Shown here one piece after another: positions 37,600-48,507 of a DNA stretch of 64,000 bases. The notes beneath the pieces are model-generated. The model was not told the origin of the DNA. It ran no database searches and was given only the letters and a program-made list of their open reading frames with translations. This stretch comes from an uncultured delta proteobacterium (GTDB lineage: Bacteria; Desulfobacterota; Zymogenia; Zymogenales; Zymogenaceae), in assembly GCA_963792965.1 (NCBI GenBank), contig CAWBYW010000030.1:3695-67694 (forward strand), read 5' to 3'. The stretch's first letter is position 1, and each line of letters opens with the position of its first letter. A program made the translations under genes and the position numbers.

Positions 37600-39395
37600 A
37601 TGACAGCACAAGACCCTCAACGGTGTCTTCTGCGACAACGCGAAGAAATTCGCGGATGACGTCATCATCAAGTACAAGCCCCGGAAGGGAGGGCCCTATA
37701 CCGACCTGACCTGGAGGGAGCTCTCCGACCGGGCGACGGCCTTTGCCACGGGGATGGTCGCCATAGGGCTCAAACCGGGTGACCGGCTCGGTATCCTGTC
37801 GGCCAACCGCATCGAATGGATTGTTGCCGACCTCGGCACCCTCCTTTCGGGCGGCATAGATGTGCCGATCTACCACACCAACACCGCCGAGCAGTGCGCC
37901 TACATCGTCAAGGATTCCGGATCCCGCTTCATCGTCGTGGAGGACGCGCAGCAGCTCTCTAAAGTGCTCGAGAAACGGCGTGACCTGAAAGGGCTTGCCC
38001 GGATCATCCTCATCGAGGGAGTCACCGCCCCAGGATAGTAGGGACGTCATGACGTTTGCCGAGCTCCTGGAGAAAGGTGCGTCGGGCGGCGCGAAGCTCC
38101 GGGCCGAGGTGGATCGGCGCACGGGCGCGGTCAAATCCGACGATCCGGCCACCATCGTCTACACCTCCGGCACGACCGGCCCCCCCAAGGGGTGCACCCT
38201 GTCTCACAGTAACGCCGTCTTCGTGCTGGACTCCATCAAAGAGATTATCCATATCGACGGCCGGTCAAACCTCTCGCTCATGATCCTTCCGATATCCCAC
38301 TTCTACCCGCGCGTTTCGGGCTATTACTACAATATCTACAGCAATATCCCCTTTGCCATCGCGGAGTCTATCGACACGCTCGCAATGAACATGATGGAGA
38401 CGAGTCCCACGTACTTCACGAGCGTCCCCCGTATCTTCGAAAAGGTCTACGCGCGGATCACCGCCGCGGCGTCCGGGGGCTCGGCCGTAAAAAGGCTCCT
38501 ATTTCGGTGGGCGGTATCGGTGGGAAGGAGGCGGAGCAGGCTCCTCAACGGGCATGAGCGTGTGCCGGCGCTCCTCAGGTTCAGGTTCGCCGTCGCCGAC
38601 GCCCTCGTCTTCAAGAAGATCCGCGCGCTCCTCGGGGGCCGGCTCACCTTCGCGCTTTCGGCGGGCGCCCCACTCTCCGCCGAGGTCGGTGAGTTCATCC
38701 ACAGCATCGGCGTCCAGGTCCTGGAGTTCTACGGGCTGACCGAGACCGTCGGCGGCACCATGACGACCTTTGAGGCGTGCAGATACGGCACGGTCGGCCG
38801 TCCGATGCCGGGATTCGAGGTAAAGATCGCCGAGGACGGCGAAATCCTCATCCGTGGCAACAATTTCCTGGGCTATCACAACAAGGCCGAGCTGACCGCC
38901 GATACGATCAGGGGCGGCTGGTGCTATACGGGTGATATCGGCACGTGGGACGTGGACGGTTACCTTGTCATCACCGACCGAAAGAAGGACCTCATCATTA
39001 CCTCAGGTGGCAAAAACATCTCTCCGGCAAACATCGAAAATCTTCTCAAGCAGATTCGCCTCGTATCGCTGCCGATGGTCTACGGCAACAACAAAAATTA
39101 CCTGACGGCACTCATCACGCTGGACAAAAACGAAACGGAGTTTTTTGCCCAGCAACACGGTATCCCCTATGCCTCCTTTGAAGAGCTGACAGGGCGCCCC
39201 GAAATCATGGAGGTGATCCAAAAAGGTGTTGACGCGACGAACCGGGAGCTGGCGAAGTTTGAGACGATAAAGAAATTCATCGTGCTGCCCCGCGAATTTT
39301 CCCAGGAGGAAGGTGAGATCACTCCGACCCTCAAGGTCAAGCGGAAGGTCATCACCGAAAAATATCGGGACCTCCTGGCATCGCTCTACGAATAG
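37600..39395 (+). pseudogene. Long-chain acyl-CoA synthetase (AMP-forming, FadD15-like), with the reading frame broken near the start and at about 38028
   Basis: The conserved N-terminus KTLNGVFCDNAKKFADDVIIKYKP...TWRELSDRATAFATGMVAIGLKPGDR has no usable start in frame (ATG GCA TGA at 37595-37603). The frame changes again at the C4 run 38028-38031, giving IEGVTAP|QDSRDVMTFAELL. Downstream motifs TIVYTSGTTGPPKGCTLSH, YGLTET, TGDIG and ITDRKKDLI are intact. Confidence 0.8.
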
Positions 39396-39401
39396 TCGAC
39401 G

Positions 39402-42400
39402 ATGGCGCGCCTCTTTTCAGGACCCTTCTTCCCCTCCCTCGAGGAGCGGCTCGCAGCGCGAGCTTTCCTCGATCAGACAAAGGGACCCGTTTTCCCCCGT
39501 CGCCGTGCTCGCGCCCACACGGCCCGCCGTACGGAGGCTCCAGTCACTTCTCGCCGCCCAAGGCCCGTGGGTCAACATCCATTTTCACACCTTCTTTACC
39601 CTGGCCGTTTCCGTCCTCAAGGGGGCCGGGAAGGAGGTCCGGCCGAGCCCGCCGCCGTCCGCCCTTTCGCTCCTCCTGAAAGAAGTTATCGAGGCCCAAT
39701 CGCCGCAAAACGAGCATACCCGCTTTTTCCTCAGGTACGAGAGCTGCCTGGAGCGGCTCCTTTTTCTCTTTTCCCGCTTCACCTCCTATCGGATCGACCC
39801 GCCCGCGCACCCGGTCGGGATTGAAATGACCCTCTTTGAGATCTATCGCTCGTTTGAGGACGAGAAGCTGGCGCGCGCGATCCGTGACGCGGAAGATCTT
39901 ATAGGTGACGCCGCACGCCTCTTGCCATCCGGCATCCCCGAAGGCGTGCCACGAACCGTTCTGCTCTACGGTTTCTATGACCTCAACCCGGCGCAACGGG
40001 AGATTGTCAGGCACCTCGACGAGCAGGGCGACCTCACGATATGCGCCCCGGGCGGCTTTTCGGAGGAAGCCGAGGAATTTTTCGTCGAGACCCGCACCTT
40101 CTACCGGGAGCTCGCCGAGCGATCAGGGGGACACGGCGCAAACATCAGCCGCCGATCATGAGCCGGCGATCCTCCCCGTCGCACGGGACCTCTTTTCGAC
40201 CGGGCCTGTAGCCCCGCACGAGGCCGGGGGCGCGATCGGGATGATCACCGCCTCGGGGATTTTCGGTGAGGCGCGCGCGGTGGCGCTTGAGATCGTCCGA
40301 CTGAGGGAGGCACAACCCCTCGATCTCCTGGCACGAGATTGCGGTGACCATGAGGGAGCTTTCCGACTTTGCCGAAGCCCTATGCGGCGCGCTTGCCGAC
40401 TTCTCGATTCCCGCCGTTTTCAACGGAGGGCTTCCCCCTCTCGTCGATGCCCGAGGTCAGATATTTCCTCATACTGCTGTCCGCCCTCGAGAAGAGGCTT
40501 CCTCGTGACGACATCGTCTTTCTCCTCTCATCGGCACTTTTCGCCTGGCCGGATCTCGCTCTAACAGATCAAGCCTGGGTGCGCGACAACGCCCACCTCC
40601 TGTCGGCGATCGCCAGGAAATATCGGATCATCTCGGGCAAGAACGAGTGGGAAAACGCCTTCATCGAGCACGAGCGGTATCCCCTCCTCTTTGACCCCCT
40701 CGACGATGAGACGGACGGCGCGGCCTTGTACGACCGGGAGCGATCGATGGCGCGCTATATCACCGCGGCGCGGCCGGTCATCACCGGATTTCTCCGAACC
40801 CTTGCCGACATCCCGGCCGAGGCGCCCCTTTCCGACTACCACGAGCGCTTCAATTCCCTCATCGATACCTACATGCGGCCCCTTGATGGAGGATCACAGG
40901 CCGGGGGCTGTCTCAAAGAATTGCTTACCGCCGTCCGCGGCGTCTCCGAGATCCAGGCGCATAGTCACGCGTGCGGAGTACCTCGTACTCCTCAGAAAAG
41001 AGATCGGGCAGCGTACCGTGCCCGCGCGCGAAGACGGTGACGCTGTCTTTGTCTCCGACGTCATGGGCATGCGCGGCCTCTCCTTTGATGCCGTCTTCCT
41101 CATGGGGATGAACGAGAAGGTCTTCCCGCGCATCTCAAGCCGCGATCCCTTCCTCTCCGACGAGACCCGGCACGGCCTCGGCCTGCCCACGACGGCCTCC
41201 CGATCCCTTGAAGATCGTATCCTCTTCGTATTGGCCGTTGCGTCGGCACAAGACCGGCTCGTCGTCTCCCGGCAGCGCAGCGACGATGCGGGCCGGACCA
41301 GTCTCTCCCTCCCCGTTTCTCATGGAGCTTGCCTCGCGGATAACGATCGACGGCGCGCCCGTGGACCTCGCGTCCCCTCTCGCGGTGAGGGCGGGGCGCG
41401 ACTATCCCCGGCTGCTGGCGGCGGACCCCGAGATCTCCCAATACCGGCACCAGGACGCGCGCGCCTTTCTCTGTCTCGGATGGCCGGCGCCCGATGACCT
41501 GAGGGCGGTACGGGCCGTCGTCTCCGAGACTCCTTTCCTGGGGGCGGGACTGGCTGCCCTCGACGATCGGGCGTCCGACAACGCCTTTTCGGTATATGAC
41601 GGCCTCATCGGCAACGTCGACGGTATTCTCGATATGATCGTGCCCCTCTCGTCCAGGAAGCTTGAGACCTACGCCTCGTGTCCGTTTGACTTTTTCATGC
41701 GCGATATCCTTTCGGCCCAGCTCCAAGACGATGTCGAGGAGGAGCTGGACGTAGAGCCGAAGGAGCTGGGCCAGTTGTATCATCGAGTCCTCGCCAGGCT
41801 CTTCCCCACCCTCGTCGAAAAGGGTCTCTTCACAGCAAAGGATGCCGATGCGAAGATCATCGAGGGCCTCGTGAGCGGATACGTCAAGAAAGAGGTGTCG
41901 GGAAAGCTCCTCGGGCGCATCCCCGCACTGATCCTCCGGGCGCGGGAGGAGCACGCCGCCTTGATCATCGGGCGCCTGATCGGACGAGAGCGGTCGATCT
42001 CCCCGTGGGGATTTGTCCCGGCACGCTACGAGGTCGCTTTCGGAGGGCGCACGGACACGTTGCCGGAACACCCCGCCCTCATCCTTACCATCGGGTCCCA
42101 ACCCCTCCCCTTTGTCGGCAGAATCGACCGGATCGACATCAACGAATCGGAAGGCGCGTTTTCCGTTATCGACTACAAACGGAAAAAGCCGTCCACCAGG
42201 CGTAAGCTTAAGACCGAGATCGAGCGCGGCCGCCATTTCCAGCTCCCCATCTACCTCATGGCCGCAGAGGACCTCCTCCTTGCCGGAAAGCGGACACCCG
42301 CAGGGGGCGCCCTCGTCTATCTGGAGACCGACGACGGGCCCGACCACCGGGAGACGCTTTCGCGCGAAGAATACGAACAGACCCGCGATGCCGTCGTGGA

Positions 42401-42590
42401 AGAGATCGGGGAAGTCATCACGGAGATGCAGTCGGGGAACTTTACCCCGTTCAGGGGAGACTCGTGCCGCTTCTGCGGCTATCGGGACCTCTGCCGCAGC
42501 GACATCAAGGCTATCGGCAAGATCAGAAGGGAAAAGACGACCACGGAGCCCGCCGAGGGCAAACAGGGTACTAACAACGATGAAGAATGA
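39402..42590 (+). pseudogene. addB: AddB-type PD-(D/E)XK helicase-nuclease subunit, interrupted by about 6 frameshifts
   Basis: Homologous segments follow each other in changing frames, with breaks near 39460, 40150, 40330, 40434-40438 (C5), 40955 and 41290. The C-terminus keeps the nuclease motif GRIDRIDINESEGAFSVIDYKRKK and the iron-staple cysteines (SCPFDFF ... CRFCGYRDLC). It overlaps the addA start by 11 nt. Confidence 0.75.
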
Positions 42591-45500
42591 AACCGTCACG
42601 GAATCGTTCGCACTTGCCGGCGGCGTGAGCGCCGCGGTCATCGCCGGCGCAGGGACGGGGAAGACCACCCGCCTGATCGGGGAGATCGTCGCCCTGATCG
42701 AGCGTCGGGGTGTGCCCATCGAGCGAATCCTGGCGGTCACCTTCTCGGACGGGGCCGCCGCCGACATGAAACATAAGCTGAGGACGCGGCTTTCCGCGCC
42801 GCTCGGCGACACACATGGTGACCGCTTCCAGACGGCCCTGCTCTCTCTGCCGCGGGCACAGATCAGCACTATTCACTCACTTGCCCAGAAAATCCTCCGG
42901 GAAAACCCATTCCAGGCCGGGATCGACCCCGGATTTGTTATCGAGGAGGAGTCATCCGATATCCTCCTGTCCGACGAGTTGTGGCGGTTATGGGCGCAGA
43001 AGGCCTTCCGGGGGGGGACGGAGTTCGACGAAGATCTTGTGATGCTGCTGGGGTATATGAGCGCGGAAAGTCTCAAGGGAATCGCGTTGACGCTGGCCGC
43101 GCGTCCTGATCGGCTCCCGGGCTATTTCCCCCACCGGGTGGATCCCGAGCAGGAAAAGAATCGCATTAAGAAAAAACTGCACGATCTCGGACAGTCCCTC
43201 TCGCGCGTCACCCCGTCGGTATCCGGCCCCGATCCCCTCTATGAAAGGTTTCGGACAGTCACTGAAATCCTTGCGCATGATGACCTTGCCGAGATCGCCG
43301 GCCTCGTACAGACGGCCCCCCTCAAGAAGCAGGGAGGCAGCAAAACCCGCTGGGCCGACCAGTCCGTCTTTCAGGCGGTAAAGGAGCTCATCGACGGGCC
43401 CGACGGTGCAATCGATACGCTCAAGGGAGTGGGGACCTTTCTGCGCCGCCTTGAGGAAGACGCCGTCACCCATACCGCGATCCGCGTCCTATCGGACTTC
43501 GTCGCTTTCTCGCGGGCCGAAAAGCGGCGGCGCGGGCTCCTCTCGTTCTTCGACCTGATATGGGAGACCAGGAGTCTCCTGGTGCGTGAGCCGAAGGTCA
43601 GAGAGCAATACCAGCACGAGTTTGACTACATCCTCGTCGACGAATTTCAGGACATCGATCCGATCCTCGGGGACATCATCCTGCTCCTGGCTGAGGACGG
43701 CCCCGCAGCAAAGCGCCCCGAGGACGTACGGCTGAAACCCGGAAAGCTTTTCATTGTGGGCGACCCAAAGCAGTCGATCTACCGCTTTCGGGAGGCGGAA
43801 GTCGGCGTCTTCTTCTCGGTGATGCGCAAGATCGAGGAATCGGGCGGCCGCTCCGATAAGCTCGATACCAACTACCGGAGCCAGCACCATCTCATCGACT
43901 TTCAAAACGCGTTCTTTGACCGCTATATTCGCCACGAGGATGACCGGTTTGTCATCGAATACGTCCCCCTAAAACCCCACTTGCCCGACATAGCCGCGGC
44001 CGACCGGAAGCCCGTCGTCCGAATCGTCGATTCCGACCCAGGCTCAACGCTGTCGGCCGAGGAGATCAGGCGCGCGGAGGCGGACTTTATCGCCGCCCAG
44101 ATAAACGCGCTGGTCGAAAAGAAGGTCGAGGGGAGGATCATCAGGGATAGTGTGACCGGCACTGTACGCGATATCGAGTATCGGGATATCGCGATCCTTT
44201 TCCGCAGCCTGTCGGGTGTCTCTTCGCTCTATGAGGAGTCGCTCAAGAAGATAGGGATCCCCTATTTTATCGTGGGGGGGCGGGGCTATTTCCAGCGGCA
44301 GGAAGTGTACGATGTCACCAATATCATCAGGGCGATCGTTGATCCCGACGACCGGCGCGCGCTGGTCGGCGCCCTCAGGAGCCCGGCCTTCGGTATCGAT
44401 GACCTGACCCTCTATACGGCGGCGCGCCACCGCACGCTCTCCTATTTAACGAGCGATCCGGAGGGGCCGATGGGGGATGCGTTGGGCGCGATGAGGACCC
44501 TTCACGGCTCGGCGTTTCGGCTCACCCTCTCGGGGCTCCTTTCGGAGATCTACCGGACAATCCCGATTGTCGAGGTCAACGCATTCGGCCCCGGCGGCGT
44601 TCAGCGCGTCGGCAACCTCATGAAAATCAGGGAGACCGTGCTCGCCCTCGAATCGAAGGGCCCCTTTACCCTCTCGGCTTTCCTGAAGCTCCTCACGATG
44701 CTCTCGCTGGAGAGGGAGGACGAGGGTGAGGCGGCGGTGACCGAGGAGGGACGGGACGCCGTGCGGATCATGACGATCCACGCGGCCAAGGGGCTCGAAT
44801 TCCCCATCGTGATGGTCCCCGACCTCGGCAGGAAAAAGAGGCCGTGGGATCGTGAGGGGATCTTTATCAATCGTTCCGACACCGCCGTCTCCGGAGCGCG
44901 GCTTGGGCCCGTCGCCGATTTCGGGTATCGTGGCGCGATCAGAGAGCACGAGGAACTGCGCGCGGCGGCCGAGGAGAGGCGGCTCCTTTACGTCGCCGCC
45001 ACCCGTGCGCGGGACCGGCTCATCCTGATTGGCTCGCCCAAAGAGATCACGAGCCACCAGCGCGCCCTGATGGAGTTTGCCGAGTCGATAGAGGGCGCTA
45101 CGCCGACCGTGGCCGCGCGGGAAAAGATCGACCGGGACCTCACTGAGAAGTTCTTCTTCGAAAAAAGGGGCGCGCGCATTGCCGACCTCTTCTCAGGACC
45201 CGCCGACGCGACCCCGCTTGAGGAGGCACGGAAACGGGAAGAGGAGCGCCGCGCAGACTGTGAGCTCGCGATGGGCCGGCGTTTCTTCTCGTTTGTCACC
45301 GAGGGAAAACAGGAAGAACCATACGAGCCGCCCCGCGCCCCGGTCGTGGGTCCGGACGATACGGGGAGACTTGTGGGCACCCTCGTCCACGAGGTCCTGG
45401 GCCTGTCCGACCTCACGGGCGACGGACCGACGGACTCGCTGATTGCCACGGCGGTTGAGGGCATGGGTCTGGCGCCCGATGTCAGGGACCGGGTCATAGA

Positions 45501-45837
45501 GGAGGCGCGCGGACTCATCACACGCTTCCTGAGCTCCGACATCCGGCGCCTCATCGCGTCCTCTCAAATCATCGGGAGGGAGATCCCGATCCTCTCATCG
45601 CGCGAAGGGGTAACCGTTACCGGACGGATAGACGTCGCGTTCCGGACGCATGACGGCATTGTCGTGCTCGACTATAAGACCGATGCCGTCACGAAAGAGG
45701 GCGCGCCGGGTGCCGCCGAGCGGTACCGGGCCCAGATCGTGGCCTATGTCGACGCCTTGACAATGTCGGCCAAGCTCGATACAATTGTGAAGGGTGCTGT
45801 CTATTTCTTGCGGCCGGATGTCGTCGTCTATTTCTGA
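42580..45837 (+). CDS. addA: AddA/RecB-type UvrD-family helicase with a C-terminal PD-(D/E)XK nuclease
   Basis: The start is MKNETVTESFAL and Walker A reads AGAGTGKT. Helicase motifs are LVDEFQDIDP, VGDPKQSIYRFR, TIHAAKGLEFP and LLYVAATRARDRL. The nuclease motif is GRIDVAFRTHDGIVVLDYKTD. The listed ORF (42013..) includes a non-homologous 5' extension. Confidence 0.85.
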   Translation: MKNETVTESFALAGGVSAAVIAGAGTGKTTRLIGEIVALIERRGVPIERILAVTFSDGAAADMKHKLRTRLSAPLGDTHGDRFQTALLSLPRAQISTIHSLAQKILRENPFQAGIDPGFVIEEESSDILLSDELWRLWAQKAFRGGTEFDEDLVMLLGYMSAESLKGIALTLAARPDRLPGYFPHRVDPEQEKNRIKKKLHDLGQSLSRVTPSVSGPDPLYERFRTVTEILAHDDLAEIAGLVQTAPLKKQGGSKTRWADQSVFQAVKELIDGPDGAIDTLKGVGTFLRRLEEDAVTHTAIRVLSDFVAFSRAEKRRRGLLSFFDLIWETRSLLVREPKVREQYQHEFDYILVDEFQDIDPILGDIILLLAEDGPAAKRPEDVRLKPGKLFIVGDPKQSIYRFREAEVGVFFSVMRKIEESGGRSDKLDTNYRSQHHLIDFQNAFFDRYIRHEDDRFVIEYVPLKPHLPDIAAADRKPVVRIVDSDPGSTLSAEEIRRAEADFIAAQINALVEKKVEGRIIRDSVTGTVRDIEYRDIAILFRSLSGVSSLYEESLKKIGIPYFIVGGRGYFQRQEVYDVTNIIRAIVDPDDRRALVGALRSPAFGIDDLTLYTAARHRTLSYLTSDPEGPMGDALGAMRTLHGSAFRLTLSGLLSEIYRTIPIVEVNAFGPGGVQRVGNLMKIRETVLALESKGPFTLSAFLKLLTMLSLEREDEGEAAVTEEGRDAVRIMTIHAAKGLEFPIVMVPDLGRKKRPWDREGIFINRSDTAVSGARLGPVADFGYRGAIREHEELRAAAEERRLLYVAATRARDRLILIGSPKEITSHQRALMEFAESIEGATPTVAAREKIDRDLTEKFFFEKRGARIADLFSGPADATPLEEARKREEERRADCELAMGRRFFSFVTEGKQEEPYEPPRAPVVGPDDTGRLVGTLVHEVLGLSDLTGDGPTDSLIATAVEGMGLAPDVRDRVIEEARGLITRFLSSDIRRLIASSQIIGREIPILSSREGVTVTGRIDVAFRTHDGIVVLDYKTDAVTKEGAPGAAERYRAQIVAYVDALTMSAKLDTIVKGAVYFLRPDVVVYF

Positions 45838-45913
45838 TTGCCCACCCACCCGCCCGATACGGCGCGACGCCGGCGGTTTCGTCCGGATATCTTTAATAAG
45901 AAGGAGGTTTCCC

Positions 45914-47044
45914 ATGAAAAGAGGGGTGCTGCTTCTTCTTGCGGCAGCGATCATCTGTGCCGCCGTCCCGGCGTTTGCCGGGGAATCGAAGTATTTTTCC
46001 GGAGAATCGTATGTCCTCAAACAGAACGAGACCGTCGATGGCGACCTCTTTGTCTTCTCCAATTCCATCAGGATCGAGGGAAAGGTCATCGGCGAGGCCT
46101 TCCTGCTGGGAAGAGACGTGATCGTGAGCGGCGACGTTACCGGTGACGCGTTTGTCATCGGCGATTCGGTCAAGCTTTCCGGTCATCTCAGTGCCGACAC
46201 GCGGGTGCTGGGCAACACGCTCGAGCTACCCGGGACGTTCGACGGAGAGGTCAGCGCCGCCGGCAGGAATGTCGACCTGGCAGGAACGATAGCGGGGGTC
46301 GTTAACGCGAAAGGTAAGACCGTCAATGCCTCGGGGGTATTCGGCGACAGGGTCCGGCTGCGCGGCCGAAGCGTTGTGCTTCTCCCGAGCGCCCGCTTCG
46401 ACAAGGACGTCGACGTCACCGCCGAGGAATTTAATAAGGCCGATTCCGTCGTGATCAAAGGCTCGCTCAATCAGATCATCGGCAAAGAGCTTGCCCACGA
46501 GAAGAAGAAGGAGGGAGCCCGCGGGTGGTGGGTTCTGCTGGCTTTCTGGTTCGTCACGCTGTGTGGGATCATCATCGTGGGGCTGATCCTCAGGGCTCTT
46601 TTTCCCGGCTTCGTCGGGAAGGCCACTGAAATGGTCTATCACCATCCCCTGCATGACCTCGGCTGGGGCGTGTTGACCATCGTCCTGATGCCGATCATCC
46701 TTCTCATCCTCATCGTGACGCTGATCGGTATACCTCTGGCTTTACTGCTGCTCCTGGCCTTTATCGTAGGTCTCTATCTCGGAAAGCTCTTCGTCGCCGT
46801 GGCGGTGGGTGGATTTCTGATCTCCCGCTTTTCCGCGAAAGAGACGCATTTCTGGACGCGGCTCGTCCTCGGGGCGGTGATCGTCTACCTGGTCCTGGCC
46901 ATTCCGCTTATCGGCTTCTTCATCGCGATACTCGTCCTGTGCCTCGGCATCGGGGCCATCGTGAACTTATGGGTCGTATCGCGAAAAAGACCGCAAGCGG
47001 CGAGGGCCTCAAAGGCTCCGGCGGCCCGAAGAGCAAAGAAATGA
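45914..47044 (+). CDS. Exported bactofilin-like beta-helix repeat protein with a C-terminal polytopic membrane domain
   Basis: AAGGAGG lies 6 nt before ATG 45914. The signal peptide is [23 protein letters not shown]. Repeats of the type [39 protein letters not shown] follow, then about 5 TM helices and a basic tail. Confidence 0.6.
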   Translation: MKRGVLLLLAAAIICAAVPAFAGESKYFSGESYVLKQNETVDGDLFVFSNSIRIEGKVIGEAFLLGRDVIVSGDVTGDAFVIGDSVKLSGHLSADTRVLGNTLELPGTFDGEVSAAGRNVDLAGTIAGVVNAKGKTVNASGVFGDRVRLRGRSVVLLPSARFDKDVDVTAEEFNKADSVVIKGSLNQIIGKELAHEKKKEGARGWWVLLAFWFVTLCGIIIVGLILRALFPGFVGKATEMVYHHPLHDLGWGVLTIVLMPIILLILIVTLIGIPLALLLLLAFIVGLYLGKLFVAVAVGGFLISRFSAKETHFWTRLVLGAVIVYLVLAIPLIGFFIAILVLCLGIGAIVNLWVVSRKRPQAARASKAPAARRAKK

Positions 47045-47102
47045 AGCCGACGCGCGGCACGGCCGGTTAAGCTCCGCCGGTAGGTCAAGGTGGGAATGTG
47101 AG

Positions 47103-47127
47103 AACGGGCAACCTTTGGTTGCCCGTT
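47103..47127. terminator. Perfect 11-bp hairpin between the convergent genes
   Basis: The sequence is aacgggcaacc-ttt-ggttgcccgtt, with no clear U tract on either strand. Confidence 0.45.
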
Positions 47128-47204
47128 ACGTTTAGCGGGGGGTTTGGATGTCTTTTTTGCGGTCCCGGCGGAGCACCCGCGAAGACGCTCTTCGGCGGGG
47201 CCGC

Positions 47205-48507
47205 TTACGGGTATATCCTTCCCATCACGCGCGGAAACGGGATCGCCTCCCTGCAGGTGCTCAAGCCCGCAGATCCAGGCCAGCGTCCTCTCCAGCCCCA
47301 GCCCGAAGCCCGAATGGACCACCGAGCCGTACTTCCTCAGCTCGAGATACCACTCGTAGGAATCCTCGGGCAGGCCGTCCTCGCGGATGCGGGCAAGGAG
47401 CTTGCCGTAGTCGTCCTCCCTCTGGGAGCCGCCGATGATCTCTCCGTAGCCTTCCGGCGCCAACAGATCGGCGCAGAGGACCTGGTCCGGTCGCGCGGGG
47501 TCCGCCTTCATGTAAAAGGCCTTCGCCTTTCTCGGGTAGTTGACGACAAAGACCGGCTTTTTAAAGAGCCCGGTAATAACCGTCTCGTCCTCGCCGGTCA
47601 GGTCGTCCCCCCATACGGTCGGCCTCCCCTTTTCTTTCAGGATCTTTATCGCCTCGTCGTACGAGATCCGCTCAAACGGCGGCGTCACAAGCGCGAGGGG
47701 TTTGGTGTCGCGGCCAAGCTGCGCCAGATCCTCCCCCCTCCGCTCGAGGATCCGTCCCACGACGTAGGAGACGAACTGCTCCTGCAGCGCGATGTTATCG
47801 TCGTTATCAAAAAAGGCCATCTCCGCTTCCACCATCCAGAACTCGGTGAGGTGGCGGCGGGTCTTCGACTTCTCGGCCCGGAAGGTGGGGCCGAAGCAGT
47901 AGACCTTCTCGAAGGCGTAGATCGCCGCCTCCAGATAGAGCTGCCCCGTCTGGGCGAGGTAGGCCTTGCCGAGGTCGAAGTAATCGGTGGAAAAGAGCGT
48001 CCCGGCGCTCTCGCCGATGGCCCCCGTGAGGATGGGGCTATCGACGAGGAGAAAATCCCGCTCGGAAAAGAAGTCCCGGATGGCGCGGATCGCCTCATCC
48101 CTGATCCTCAGGATCGACAGCTGCCGCCGGGAGCGCAGCCAGAGGTGCCGGTTGGAGAGCAGGAAGTCGATGCCGTGGGACTTGGGGGTGATGGGGAATT
48201 CGTGCGGACTCGGCCGACGACGGAGAGCTCATCGACGGCAAGCTCATACCCCCCCGGGGAGCGCGGCTCCGCGCGGACCACCCCGGATATGATGAGGGCC
48301 GATTCCTGCCCGAGGGCATCGGCGCGAGTGAAAAGTCTCATCGTTCACATGTTCGTGCTCGACAACGCACTGGCAGATGCCGCTTCCGTCCCGAACGACC
48401 AGAAACAGGACACCCGCCGTCCCCCGCTTGTTCATGAGCCAGCCGTGGATCGTGATCCGTTTCCCGACGTTGTCGGCAAATTTCCTGATCGGCGTATGGG
48501 CGTGCAT
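47205..48507 (-). pseudogene. asnS: Asparaginyl-tRNA synthetase, interrupted by three frameshifts
   Basis: The N-terminus reads RITIHGWLMNKRGTAGVLFLVVRDGSG. The class II core reads [28 protein letters not shown] ... GGSQRE ... [11 protein letters not shown]. Frame changes occur at A4 48331-48334, at about 48205-48216 and at about 47250-47258. The last shift restores the canonical end [15 protein letters not shown] and a stop at 47205. Confidence 0.85.

Noticed and set aside
37601-37603. In-frame TGA at codon 3 of the ligase as a possible selenocysteine or readthrough site.
   Set aside because: There is no SECIS-like hairpin directly downstream, and position 3 of an acyl-CoA ligase is not a known Sec site. 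The contig has many indels, and an overlapping ATG with a 1-nt correction explains the observation.
41100-42869. 589-aa minus-strand ORF across the addB/addA junction.
   Set aside because: It lies antisense to strongly homologous AddB/AddA sequence. Its Arg/Gly/Pro-rich low-complexity translation marks it as a shadow ORF.
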